Positions 15,799-24,832 of a stretch of DNA of 64,000 bases are shown one piece after another. The DNA is taken from positions 41 to 64,040 of the forward strand of contig CAZOHA010000009.1 of NCBI GenBank assembly GCA_964579515.1. The letters are read 5' to 3'. The DNA is from an uncultured Bacteroides sp. GTDB taxonomy: Bacteria > Bacteroidota > Bacteroidia > Bacteroidales > GCA-2748055. The position numbers and the translations under genes were made by a program. Position 1 is the first letter of the stretch. Each line of letters begins with the position of its first letter. Below the pieces are notes generated by a model. It saw only the letters and a list, made by a program, of their open reading frames with translations, was not told the origin of the DNA and did not search any database.

Positions 15799-18700
15799 AT
15801 GCATGTACCTCCTGTCGCCCTCTGTTTTCTTCTGATATCTGCAACGCTCTTCGCTCAGCCGGCCACCGGATTCTATGATGATTTCGAGGATGGCCGGCCG
15901 GATACCATTGTCAATGACTCCACATTCCTCCTCTGGAAAGCCGATCACCCGCGAACCTTCGGGATCACGGAGACCGGGGGCACACTTCAAATTGCCTATA
16001 CCAGAACCGACACCAGCCAGCCATGGGACAACTTCAACTTCACCCCGCCCATCCCGGTGGATGTGGCTTTCAATCCGGTGATTTCGCTGAAGATCCAATC
16101 GGATGTATCCCATATTTTTACCGTAAAACCGATCTATTCCAACGGGAAATCCAGATTGATCCAACAGGATATCCCCGGTGACGAAAGCTGGCATAGCTGC
16201 AGCTTTCAGCTTTCGGAGACTAACTATTCAGGAGGTGTGCTGGAAAAGATCTACTTCTATTTCGACGGAGGATCCAGCGCACTCCAATCCGGCCTGGTGC
16301 TGTTCGATGAGTTCCGGATCGCCGGAGTGACCGTCCCGGTGAACCAGCTGGAAGCACATCTGATCGATTCGTCGACGGTGGAGCTTACCTGGGAAACGGA
16401 GGATACCTCCCTGGTAGGTCATTTTAATGTTTACCGCGGATCCGGGCCATTCTTTCCGGCCGGGGAGGCTTCCAGGATCGGTGAGACCCGTGCGCTGAGC
16501 TACCTGGATACCGGACTGGTGAACAACACGACCTATTTCTACAAGGTATCAGCCACCGATAAAGAGGACAAGGAGCATCCTCCGGCTTCGGTCAGCATCC
16601 GAACCTCTGTTCCGGGGGCCATTCCCTCTCTGGAGGTCATTCCGCAGCAAACCGGTTCCGTGGGCAGGTATGAGAAGGTTGAACTATGGGTTCAGATGTC
16701 CGATGCCTCCTACACCAATCCTTTCGACCCGGATGAAATCGACCTCTATGCCTGGTTCCTGGGGCCTGAAGGCGATTCCATAAAGATCAATGGTTTCTAC
16801 GACAATTACCAGGCAGCTGACCAGTGGAAGATCCGTTTCGCCGCGCCTTCGGAAGGAACCTGGGAATACCGGGTATACGCCACAGATGTGGACGGGACCG
16901 GATCCGGTGCACCGGGAACATTCGAAGTGTCGGCATCGGAGCATAAAGGGTGGCTGAGGATTTCTGAAACGAATCCCAATTACCTGGAGCATCACGACGG
17001 CACCGGCTTTTACGGGATCGCCGCGTACTATCCGTGGAATGTCACCGAAACCCGGCTGGATCAGTTCCGGGCGGTGAAGGGCAATATATTCGGGTACTGG
17101 GACTGCACCTACGATAACGAGGGAAACGGAGGAGGAAGGTACCTGCTGGAATCCATGGATTCGGGGCTCGGCAGGTACGACCAGCGCAAAGCGGCCAGGA
17201 TCGACCAGGTATTGTCATGGGCCGAGGAAAGAGATATGAAGGTGATGCTGGCACTGTGGGTCCACCCCTATCTCCGGATCGAAAATGTACCCTGGGACAA
17301 CGGGCAGTGGAACGAGTACAATCCCTACAGCACCATTGTGGAGGTGGAGGATTTCTATACCGACAGTGTGGCCCTCTGCTATCAGGAAAAGCATCACCGG
17401 TACGTGCTCGCCCGGTGGGGATACAGCCGCGCACTGGGGATCTGGGAACTCATCAATGAGATCCACGGCACATCGGGCTGGGTATCGGATCGCGGGGCGG
17501 CCAAGAGGTGGGTGGAAAGGGTCCACACCTATTTCCGCGAGAATGACCCATATTCACGGCCCACCACCGCCTCCTTCGGAGGTAGTGAAGGGGTCTCCCA
17601 CTACTCGGAGAACGACCTTCTGGGAAGCATGCCCAATGTTCACTTCTACGAGAAGCATGGCTGGCCAACGCCCTATCCGGAAGACCTGGTCCGGAGCGGA
17701 CTGGAGAACATGGTCCGGCTCGCCCGGAGCCTGAAAAGCAAAGGCAACCGTCCTGCCTTTCTGGGCGAGGCGGGTTACTATTCGATGCTGGCCGATGTGG
17801 AGACCAAAGCCTATACCTGGGAATTTCACAACACCTTCTGGGCAGGACTCACGAACGGACTGGCCACCACACCTTTCTGGTGGGAATTCAACAAAGCCGA
17901 CATCTTCACCCCGGAACGCATGCAGCTCTACTCCCACCTGGAAGGATTTGCCGGGGATCTCGATCTGAACCGGCATCCATGGACCCGCTCGGACATATCG
18001 GTCCGGCAGGCTGACGGCTATTTCATGGACTCCGGGAAGAGCGGATTCGGCTGGTTAAAGACCTATCACGGTTCCGCCGCAGCCGGCAGTGCACTCTCCA
18101 TCCGCAACACCTCACTGGAAAACGGGACCTGCTTGCTTGAATGGTATGATACCTGGTCAGGACAATTTACACACACCGACACTACCTACTCGGTATCCGG
18201 GCTCACCTGGGCCATGGTACCCGGTCAGACGGAGCGGGAGGACGCTGCCTTCAGGTTACGTTCCACGGAACCCGGAGGTGCAGCCAGCCGGATCGTTCTC
18301 CGCCTGGTGGAGACGGACACCCTGGTGCCCGGGCCCTTTCCATGGTCACCGGGAGAAGACTCCCTCGTTTATAAAATCGCCTGTTTTGTAACGGACGGAG
18401 AAAACCTTCTGGATGTGGGCTATGCGGGACCTGTGGAAATAAAGATATGGGCGGAAGGTCTGTCTGATTCGCTTCAGCTCGGGACAGAACTGGAGAATGG
18501 CGGACAGGTATTCGATTATCCGTTCTCCGACACCATTCCTGCTTTGATGGTGGCTTCCATACCGGGACTGGGATCCGATACGCTCTTCCTGGGCGGTGCC
18601 ACAGGGCCTCTGACCGGTATCCGGACCCTTCCATCGCCTTCGCCGGAGCTGGCGTGCTATCCGAATCCGTTTCACCGGGAAACCGCCATTGTCTATACTG

Positions 18701-18897
18701 TTCCGGATGCCGGAAAGGTCACCCTGACCATATTCGACCTGAATGGAAGAGCGGTCGAAGTGCTGGAAGAGAACATCCGGCCGGCCGGAAAACACCGGGT
18801 TATCTGGAATTCCGATGGCTATCCAGGCGGAATCTACTTCTGTCAATTCCGAAGCGGGGCCACTTCCCGCACGCTGAAACTGATTGTAAATCCATGA
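15799..18897 (+). CDS. Secreted multidomain glycoside-hydrolase-like protein (Fn3, DUF5060-type Ig domain, TIM-barrel GH5-like region) with T9SS CTD
   Basis: 1032-aa ORF with signal peptide MHVPPVALCFLLISATLFAQ. It has an Fn3-like segment (NTTYFYKVSATD) and a DUF5060-like segment (EKVELWVQMS...WKIRFAAPSEGTWEYRVYATD). The CTD is CYPNPFHRETAIVYTVPDAGKVTLTIFDLNGR...GIYFCQF. Confidence 0.8.
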   Translation: MHVPPVALCFLLISATLFAQPATGFYDDFEDGRPDTIVNDSTFLLWKADHPRTFGITETGGTLQIAYTRTDTSQPWDNFNFTPPIPVDVAFNPVISLKIQSDVSHIFTVKPIYSNGKSRLIQQDIPGDESWHSCSFQLSETNYSGGVLEKIYFYFDGGSSALQSGLVLFDEFRIAGVTVPVNQLEAHLIDSSTVELTWETEDTSLVGHFNVYRGSGPFFPAGEASRIGETRALSYLDTGLVNNTTYFYKVSATDKEDKEHPPASVSIRTSVPGAIPSLEVIPQQTGSVGRYEKVELWVQMSDASYTNPFDPDEIDLYAWFLGPEGDSIKINGFYDNYQAADQWKIRFAAPSEGTWEYRVYATDVDGTGSGAPGTFEVSASEHKGWLRISETNPNYLEHHDGTGFYGIAAYYPWNVTETRLDQFRAVKGNIFGYWDCTYDNEGNGGGRYLLESMDSGLGRYDQRKAARIDQVLSWAEERDMKVMLALWVHPYLRIENVPWDNGQWNEYNPYSTIVEVEDFYTDSVALCYQEKHHRYVLARWGYSRALGIWELINEIHGTSGWVSDRGAAKRWVERVHTYFRENDPYSRPTTASFGGSEGVSHYSENDLLGSMPNVHFYEKHGWPTPYPEDLVRSGLENMVRLARSLKSKGNRPAFLGEAGYYSMLADVETKAYTWEFHNTFWAGLTNGLATTPFWWEFNKADIFTPERMQLYSHLEGFAGDLDLNRHPWTRSDISVRQADGYFMDSGKSGFGWLKTYHGSAAAGSALSIRNTSLENGTCLLEWYDTWSGQFTHTDTTYSVSGLTWAMVPGQTEREDAAFRLRSTEPGGAASRIVLRLVETDTLVPGPFPWSPGEDSLVYKIACFVTDGENLLDVGYAGPVEIKIWAEGLSDSLQLGTELENGGQVFDYPFSDTIPALMVASIPGLGSDTLFLGGATGPLTGIRTLPSPSPELACYPNPFHRETAIVYTVPDAGKVTLTIFDLNGRAVEVLEENIRPAGKHRVIWNSDGYPGGIYFCQFRSGATSRTLKLIVNP

Positions 18898-18912
18898 TGA
18901 GATAGTTACAAC

Positions 18913-21240
18913 ATGAAACCGAAACACGCACTCCTTTTCGCCCTTCTTCCGCTCATTTCGTGCAATCCGGACTCCACTGCGGACATGAAGTACGGGCCGG
19001 AAGAGATCACCACCGAACCTCCGGCCATTTCTGCTGAAATGGAACAGGTGCTGGAAGAGGGAATGATGCAGAACTGGTACCCCCGGTGTCTCGATACGTT
19101 GTACGGTGGATTTCTGAGCAACTTCGACCACCGCTGGAACCAGATGGAGCGGCAGCCCAAATTCATCGTGACCCAGGCCAGGCATACCTGGACAGCCGCG
19201 CAGATGTTCCGATGGGATCCTGGCAATCCCCTCTATCTGGAAGCAGGCCGGCATGGTTTTGAATTCCTGAGAGACCGTATGTGGGACAGGGAGTACGGCG
19301 GTTTTTTCACCATGACTGACCGCCGGGGGAACCCGGTGGAGAACGAACAGGCGGGAATGACCAAGACCGCCTACGGGAATGCCTTTGCCATATACGGCCT
19401 GGCTGCATATTTCGGGGTATCCAGGGACTCTGCCGCCCTGGAACTGGCGCAAAAGGCATTCCGGTGGCTGGAATCCAACAGCCATGATCCTGTTTACGGG
19501 GGATATTTTCAGTTCCTGGAACGAGACGGGACACCTCTCACGGAGGGACACCGGGGAACGCCCCCCAAGGACCAGAACAGCTCCATTCACCTGATGGAGG
19601 CATTCACCGAACTTTACCATGTATGGAAAAATGAGCTGCTCCGTTCCAGGATCGAAGAGATGCTGGTACTGATCCGGGATACCATCACCACCGACAGGGG
19701 GTATATGCACCTTTTTTTCAGGAGAGACTGGACCCCGGTCTATTATACCGATGAGGCATATCCCTGCGGAGACAACAGGCACCTGTTCGATTACATCTCC
19801 TTCGGTCACGATATCGAAACCGCCTTCCTCCTGCTGGAGGCTGCCGAGGCCCTGGGCAGAGAAGAGGACGAAAGAACCCTGGAGGTGTCCAAGCGGATGA
19901 CCGACCATGCGCTGAACAACGGATGGGACCCGGAGACCGGGGCACTGTTCGATGCCGGTTACTATTTCTCCGATGAGGAGCATGTCACCATTCTCGATTC
20001 GGCCACAGCCTGGTGGTCGGCGGTGGAGGCCTTTCACACCATGCTGCTGATGTCCTCCCTCTACCCGAACGATCCCATGGAATACTTCGACCGGTTCGCC
20101 CTAACATGGGACTACTGCAAAAAATACCTCATCGATCATGAATACGGCGGATGGTACCGGGCGGGTACCAATCATGAACCCGGGGCCGCGGAAGGGAGCA
20201 AAGCCGGGATCTGGAAGGGGAACTACCATACCGCCCGTTCGCTGATCCGCTGCATGAAGATGCTGAACCTGCCCGATCAGGACCCGGAAGAACCGGTCAA
20301 CCCGGATGCCTCGCCCGAAGCGCGCGCGCTTCTCGAATACCTTCACCGGATCAGCGGCGACAGCATCCTTTCAGGGCACCAGAACTACAACCGCGACCTG
20401 GACCGATGGCACCGGTACGTGGAAGAACTGACCGGAGAATCGCCGGCCGTATGGGGGAGCGATTTCAGCAGGTACTATGAAGAGGGCAATCCCGAGGCCC
20501 TGGTGGAAGAGGCGGTCCGCCGTCATAAAGAGGGATATGTGGTGACCCTGATGTGGCACACGGGCAGGCCCCAGGACGACCCTCCCTTCGACTGGTCGAC
20601 CAGTACGCAGGGGGAAATGTCTACGGAGGAGTGGGAGCAGCTCATCACACCGGGAACAGCGCTTCATGCCAAATGGCAGGAGAGGGCCGATTCGGTGGCA
20701 TTCTATCTGAAACAGCTGTGCGACCGGGGTGTTCCGGTGCTGTGGAGGCCCTACCACGAGATGAACGGGATCTGGTTCTGGTGGGGGGACAAGAAAGGGG
20801 AAGAGGGGTTCCCCGCCCTCTGGAAGATGATGTATGACCGGTATGTAAACCACCATCAGCTTCACAACCTGATCTGGGTATGGAATGCCAACGCTCCCCG
20901 CGACAGGGAAAACGACGAGGCCTATGCCTACGAATTCTATTTTCCCGGGCTGGAGTTTGTGGATGTGCTGGCCGCCGATGTCTACCACAACGACTACCGG
21001 CAGGAGCACCACGACCAGTTGGTGGAAATGGCCCACGGAAAAGTCATTGCACTGGGAGAGGTGGGTGAGATGCCCACTCCGGAGATCCTGGACCGGCAGC
21101 CCATGTGGACCTGGTTCATGGTCTGGACCGGGTGGGTGGAGACCCACAATACTCCGGAAAAGGTCAAGGCACTCTACGCTTATCCCAGGACCCTCTCCCA
21201 CGGAGAGTTCCGGATCGATTTTGGAAGTGCCGGAAAATGA
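18913..21240 (+). CDS. Lipoprotein fusion of an AGE-superfamily (N-acylglucosamine/cellobiose 2-epimerase-like) domain and a GH26 beta-mannanase domain
   Basis: 775-aa ORF with lipobox LLPLISC. AGE-like motifs are YGGFLSNFDHRW, TQARHTW, NSSIHLMEAFTELY, FGHDIETAFLLLEA and YGGWY. The GH26 signature is WRPYHEMNGIWFWWG, with ALGEVGE as the putative nucleophile region. Confidence 0.8.
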   Translation: MKPKHALLFALLPLISCNPDSTADMKYGPEEITTEPPAISAEMEQVLEEGMMQNWYPRCLDTLYGGFLSNFDHRWNQMERQPKFIVTQARHTWTAAQMFRWDPGNPLYLEAGRHGFEFLRDRMWDREYGGFFTMTDRRGNPVENEQAGMTKTAYGNAFAIYGLAAYFGVSRDSAALELAQKAFRWLESNSHDPVYGGYFQFLERDGTPLTEGHRGTPPKDQNSSIHLMEAFTELYHVWKNELLRSRIEEMLVLIRDTITTDRGYMHLFFRRDWTPVYYTDEAYPCGDNRHLFDYISFGHDIETAFLLLEAAEALGREEDERTLEVSKRMTDHALNNGWDPETGALFDAGYYFSDEEHVTILDSATAWWSAVEAFHTMLLMSSLYPNDPMEYFDRFALTWDYCKKYLIDHEYGGWYRAGTNHEPGAAEGSKAGIWKGNYHTARSLIRCMKMLNLPDQDPEEPVNPDASPEARALLEYLHRISGDSILSGHQNYNRDLDRWHRYVEELTGESPAVWGSDFSRYYEEGNPEALVEEAVRRHKEGYVVTLMWHTGRPQDDPPFDWSTSTQGEMSTEEWEQLITPGTALHAKWQERADSVAFYLKQLCDRGVPVLWRPYHEMNGIWFWWGDKKGEEGFPALWKMMYDRYVNHHQLHNLIWVWNANAPRDRENDEAYAYEFYFPGLEFVDVLAADVYHNDYRQEHHDQLVEMAHGKVIALGEVGEMPTPEILDRQPMWTWFMVWTGWVETHNTPEKVKALYAYPRTLSHGEFRIDFGSAGK

Positions 21241-22802
21241 AAATCAAAAAAGAAAGAATGAACCGTTTCATCCGGTGTACCGCCACAGCCCTTTTGGCGA
21301 TATCTGTATTCTTTGCAGGCTGTCAGGAAGAGCCCCGGAAGCCCAATGTGCTGATCATCTACACCGACGACCACAACTTTGAACACATCGGGATCTACGG
21401 CGGCAACGTGCTGACCCCCCATATGGACCGGATTGCCAATGAGGGGGTACGTTTCAACCGCTTCTACGTGAGCTCGCCGGTCTGTACGCCCAGCAGATAC
21501 TCTTTGTTGACCGGGAGATACGCCAGCCGGTCGAAGGTCCTGCAGAAGCGCCAGTCCACTGCCGATCCGGCCTATATCCGGTGGAATACCTTCCTGAGCA
21601 GTCAGGAGCGGAACAGTGTACATCTCTTCCGGGATGCAGGATATGTGACCGGGATGGTGGGTAAATATCACCTGGGAGGAGAGTTTGGATATGTGGGTGG
21701 GGATGAAGATTACAGCGACCCGGCCATAGAGGATACCATCCGGCATATTTATGAGACCTGGAAAAAGCACGTGTAGGAAGTGGCCGGATTCGATTACGTG
21801 GAAAGCCTCTACGGAAATAATCTGCATATTATCGGGGTCCCCAAAAGCATGCAGTACCACAATATGGAGTGGATCACCAGGGGGGCCGTTGATTTCATCG
21901 ACCGGTACCGGGATCAGCCGTTTTTCCTCTATATGGCCCCCACCCTCCCCCATGTCCCGGGTCCACTGGCTTCACTGAAAGCCGACCCCAGGATCACAGC
22001 TGCCGGAATGCTGGACGAACCCATTACCGGTGTGCAGCCCTCCCGGGAGTCGGTATTCGGGCGCACCAGGGCGGCCGGAATACCCGATGAAAATGCCCCC
22101 ATGACCTGGCTCGACGACGGGATCGGCGCCGTGCTGCAGCGCCTGGAAGAGTATGGAATCCTGGAACATACCATCGTTGTATTTGCCAGCGACCACCAGA
22201 GCCCCCGTGCAAAAATGACCTGCTACGAGGATGCGGCCAATGCTCCGGCGGCCATCATGTGGAAGGGACATATCCCCGAAGGAGTTGTGAGCGATGTCCT
22301 CGTTTCGAACATCGACGTGGTTCCCACCCTGCTGGATCTGACCGGGGTCGGTCAACCTGAGAACTACCTGGTTGATGGTGAGAGCTGGAGGGAGTTTCTC
22401 GGAACCGATTCGGGCAGGTCCCCACGGGTACCAGAGGAAGCAGCGACAGCCGGTCCCGTTCATGAATCCCTCTATCTGGAGGTGGTCTATCAGCGGGCGG
22501 TGGTGACCCCGGAATGGAAATATATCGCCGTCCGCTTCCCGGACACCACACAGGTAAAGATCACCCCTGAAAACAGGAATCAGTTCAACATCGAAGGCCG
22601 AATGGGTCCGGACAGATATCACAACCACACCATCTACCCGGGATACCACGACGACGACCAGCTCTACTTTTTGCCGGATGACCCGGATGAACAGAACAAC
22701 CTGGCCGGGTATCCGGAATACGGGGAGCAACTGGACAGGATGAAAATTATGCTGGGTGAATATACATCCGTCCTCCCATTTGCCTTTGGTGAATTCCATT
22801 AA
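21237..22802 (+). pseudogene. Cys-type sulfatase interrupted by one in-frame TAG (21774..21776)
   Basis: ORFs 21105..21776 and 21780..22802 are in the same frame, separated only by TAG plus GAA. ATG 21237 overlaps the stop of the upstream gene (ATGA). The N-terminal half has a signal/lipobox (FFAGC), LIIYTDDH, SSPVCTPSRYSLLTGR (CxPxR) and GKYHLG. The C-terminal half has FFLYMAPTLPHVP and FASDH. The combined length of about 521 aa is normal for a sulfatase. Confidence 0.7.
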
Positions 22803-22836
22803 AAACTGCAGGGTGACCGGAAGGGCCACCCTGCAG
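22801..22836 (-). terminator. Intrinsic terminator of the 22866..24722 gene
   Basis: A perfect 10-bp stem CTGCAGGGTG/CACCCTGCAG (22806..22815 / 22827..22836) has an 11-nt loop. On the minus strand it is followed by TTTTT (plus-strand 22801..22805). It lies between convergent genes. Confidence 0.7.
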
Positions 22837-22865
22837 CTTAATGGGAGGTGTATGGAAAGATTGTT

Positions 22866-24722
22866 CTACTTCAGCCTCATCATCTTCCTGGTCTCGGTAC
22901 CGAAATCGGAAGTAAGTCTGTAGAAATAGGTACTGCTTGAAGCAAAGTCGGGGCTGAACCTGACGGTGTGATCGCCGCCGATCCTGTGCTCATCCATCAG
23001 GGTTTCCACCAGACGTCCGGAGATGTCATACACGGAAAGATTCACGTGGGAATCACCGGGCAGGTTGAAGCTGATAGTGGTCACATTCCTGAAGGGGTTG
23101 GGATAGTTCCTCAGGGCAAACTCAGAGGTAATCAGTTCCCTCTGCTCCTCGACCCCGATATAAATCCCGTTATAGGCATTTTTCACATGCTGGGTCATCG
23201 CCTCGCTGTCCCATGCCACATCGAACCAGGTGTGCGCACCGATGGGGGTTCCGTCGCTCACCGAGGTCAGCGTCATGGTGTAACTGAAATCTTCAACCAG
23301 GTCGGTCAACTCGGTGATCCCGTCCCCGTCTTCAGTTTCCACACCCGGAATGGTGGTCGGATCGTAATCCCCGAAATGGACATTCTCCGCCCATCCTTCG
23401 GTGGGAGACTCCACATCGGGAACGGCCCACTTGTTCTGGTTCCACTGGGCCAGAATATCGGCGCCCTGCTGACTCAGAATAGTGGTGCCAAATCCCAGGT
23501 CCTCGGCAGTATGTTCATAGATACTGTTGTTCTCGGACTTCAGGTTGTCCCAGTCGGCGACCATGGCCTCGGAACGCGAGTTCATCCAGATGCCGGGAAC
23601 ACTCAAAACGTGCCACGGACCGGTTCCCTGTCCGCCCCAGTCGAGGTAGGAAGCAGGAGCTCCGTCTATAACCGTGTTCATGCCGCCGCTGTAATAATTA
23701 TCCAGAGTGGCGCTTGCCACACATACATTGTCGGCCGCATAGAAGATGTAGTCGGAAATCTCATCCACATCATCGGTCAGATTGAACGTGGTATCGGTGA
23801 TGGGCACTTTGAATTTCTCGGCTACCGCAATCTTGTTGGTGATCGTATCCACACCGGCAATGCCATGCAACAGTGCATCGGGATCCTGCCCTCCGGTGGC
23901 CACGTTTACCGTGTCTTCACCCACCCAGTTAGCATTCACAAAGAGGTTGTTGGTAAAATAACACTCCTTCCAGTACTGGTTCAGACAGGGATACTTGCGG
24001 TTGTTGATAAAGGTATTATGGTTGATCACCGCATACTCGATCAGGCACTCCTGCGGAAGAATAGTCAGACCGGCTCCGGTCATGGTGTTGTTCTCAAAAA
24101 TCAGCGTATCGGTGGGTACCTTGTTCTGAAGGACCCTTCCAGCCCACCACTGGCTACCGCTTCCGTTCTGCATATCTCGGAAGTAGCTGTTCCGGATTGT
24201 GGCCTTCGCTCCGGCCGTCACGTTGTTCATATTGAATATGATCCCGTTGCAGAACTCGAATAAGCAATCCTCCACCAGCAGAGAGTGATTCTCACCGTTA
24301 ATATTGGTGTGGGACCAGGGCAGGACATTGTCCTGCTGCATCACCTGCCAGTAGAGGTTTTGCACCACCAGGCTGCTGTTGATCTGGTTGGTCCCGATGT
24401 TCACCTCATTCAGTGCCTGCTTCACAATGATCGGTTTCTTTCCTCCTTCCTGTCCGCGGATCGTAATGGTCCCCTCGGTGTTACTCACATTGATGGCCGC
24501 ATGTTGCAGATAGAATTCACCGGCCTCCAGTTCATAAATCCGGTTGGGATTGGCCCTCGTTCCGTCGGCAAGTGTGTCGCCGTTGATGGTGGTTTCGATG
24601 GAACCGCCGTTATCGACTCCTCCGGGGATGACGATCACCTCCTGGGAGGGATCTACCTGGGCCATCAGGGCCGCTGAGATCAGCAAGCCTGTTAAAGTTA
24701 AAAGTAAAGTTCTCAGTTTCAT
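22866..24722 (-). CDS. Secreted right-handed beta-helix (pectate-lyase-fold-like) protein with T9SS CTD
   Basis: 618-aa ORF with signal peptide MKLRTLLLTLTGLLISAALMAQ. Repetitive N-rich turns (FENNTMTG, INHNTFINN, FTNNLFVN) suggest a parallel beta-helix. The CTD is NYPNPFRNVTTISFNLPGDSHVNLSVYDISGR. Confidence 0.75.
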   Translation of the reverse strand: MKLRTLLLTLTGLLISAALMAQVDPSQEVIVIPGGVDNGGSIETTINGDTLADGTRANPNRIYELEAGEFYLQHAAINVSNTEGTITIRGQEGGKKPIIVKQALNEVNIGTNQINSSLVVQNLYWQVMQQDNVLPWSHTNINGENHSLLVEDCLFEFCNGIIFNMNNVTAGAKATIRNSYFRDMQNGSGSQWWAGRVLQNKVPTDTLIFENNTMTGAGLTILPQECLIEYAVINHNTFINNRKYPCLNQYWKECYFTNNLFVNANWVGEDTVNVATGGQDPDALLHGIAGVDTITNKIAVAEKFKVPITDTTFNLTDDVDEISDYIFYAADNVCVASATLDNYYSGGMNTVIDGAPASYLDWGGQGTGPWHVLSVPGIWMNSRSEAMVADWDNLKSENNSIYEHTAEDLGFGTTILSQQGADILAQWNQNKWAVPDVESPTEGWAENVHFGDYDPTTIPGVETEDGDGITELTDLVEDFSYTMTLTSVSDGTPIGAHTWFDVAWDSEAMTQHVKNAYNGIYIGVEEQRELITSEFALRNYPNPFRNVTTISFNLPGDSHVNLSVYDISGRLVETLMDEHRIGGDHTVRFSPDFASSSTYFYRLTSDFGTETRKMMRLK

Positions 24723-24832
24723 GTTTCAGTTTTTAGTTGAATTAATTTTGATTAGTGAAACAGCATCTCTGATTTGATCAGACTGAAGCTGATTCAACAC
24801 ACCTCCTTAATATATATCCATTTGATAATGGT

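Noticed and set aside
18346-20037. 563-aa ORF on the minus strand, opposite the end of the 15799 gene and the AGE-GH26 gene
   Set aside because: It is antisense to two genes with strong family motifs. The product is Pro/Gly/Arg-rich and low-complexity with no recognisable domain. This is a typical shadow ORF of GC-rich coding DNA.
21774-21776. TAG as a reassigned sense codon (pyrrolysine or a genome-wide recoding)
   Set aside because: No other supported gene in the window contains an in-frame TAG. TAG also appears as an ordinary stop, for example at the end of the FeS gene (10818..10820). A local nonsense mutation or a sequencing error is more parsimonious. It is kept as a finding only for verification.
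22968-24263. 431-aa plus-strand ORF inside the beta-helix T9SS gene. Similar cases are 46891..48201, 20371..21201, 21180..21953, 21972..22829, 55068..55844 and 59643..60500.
   Set aside because: All are antisense to well-supported genes and none has a signal peptide, a domain motif or a sensible start context. They are treated as GC-bias artefacts.
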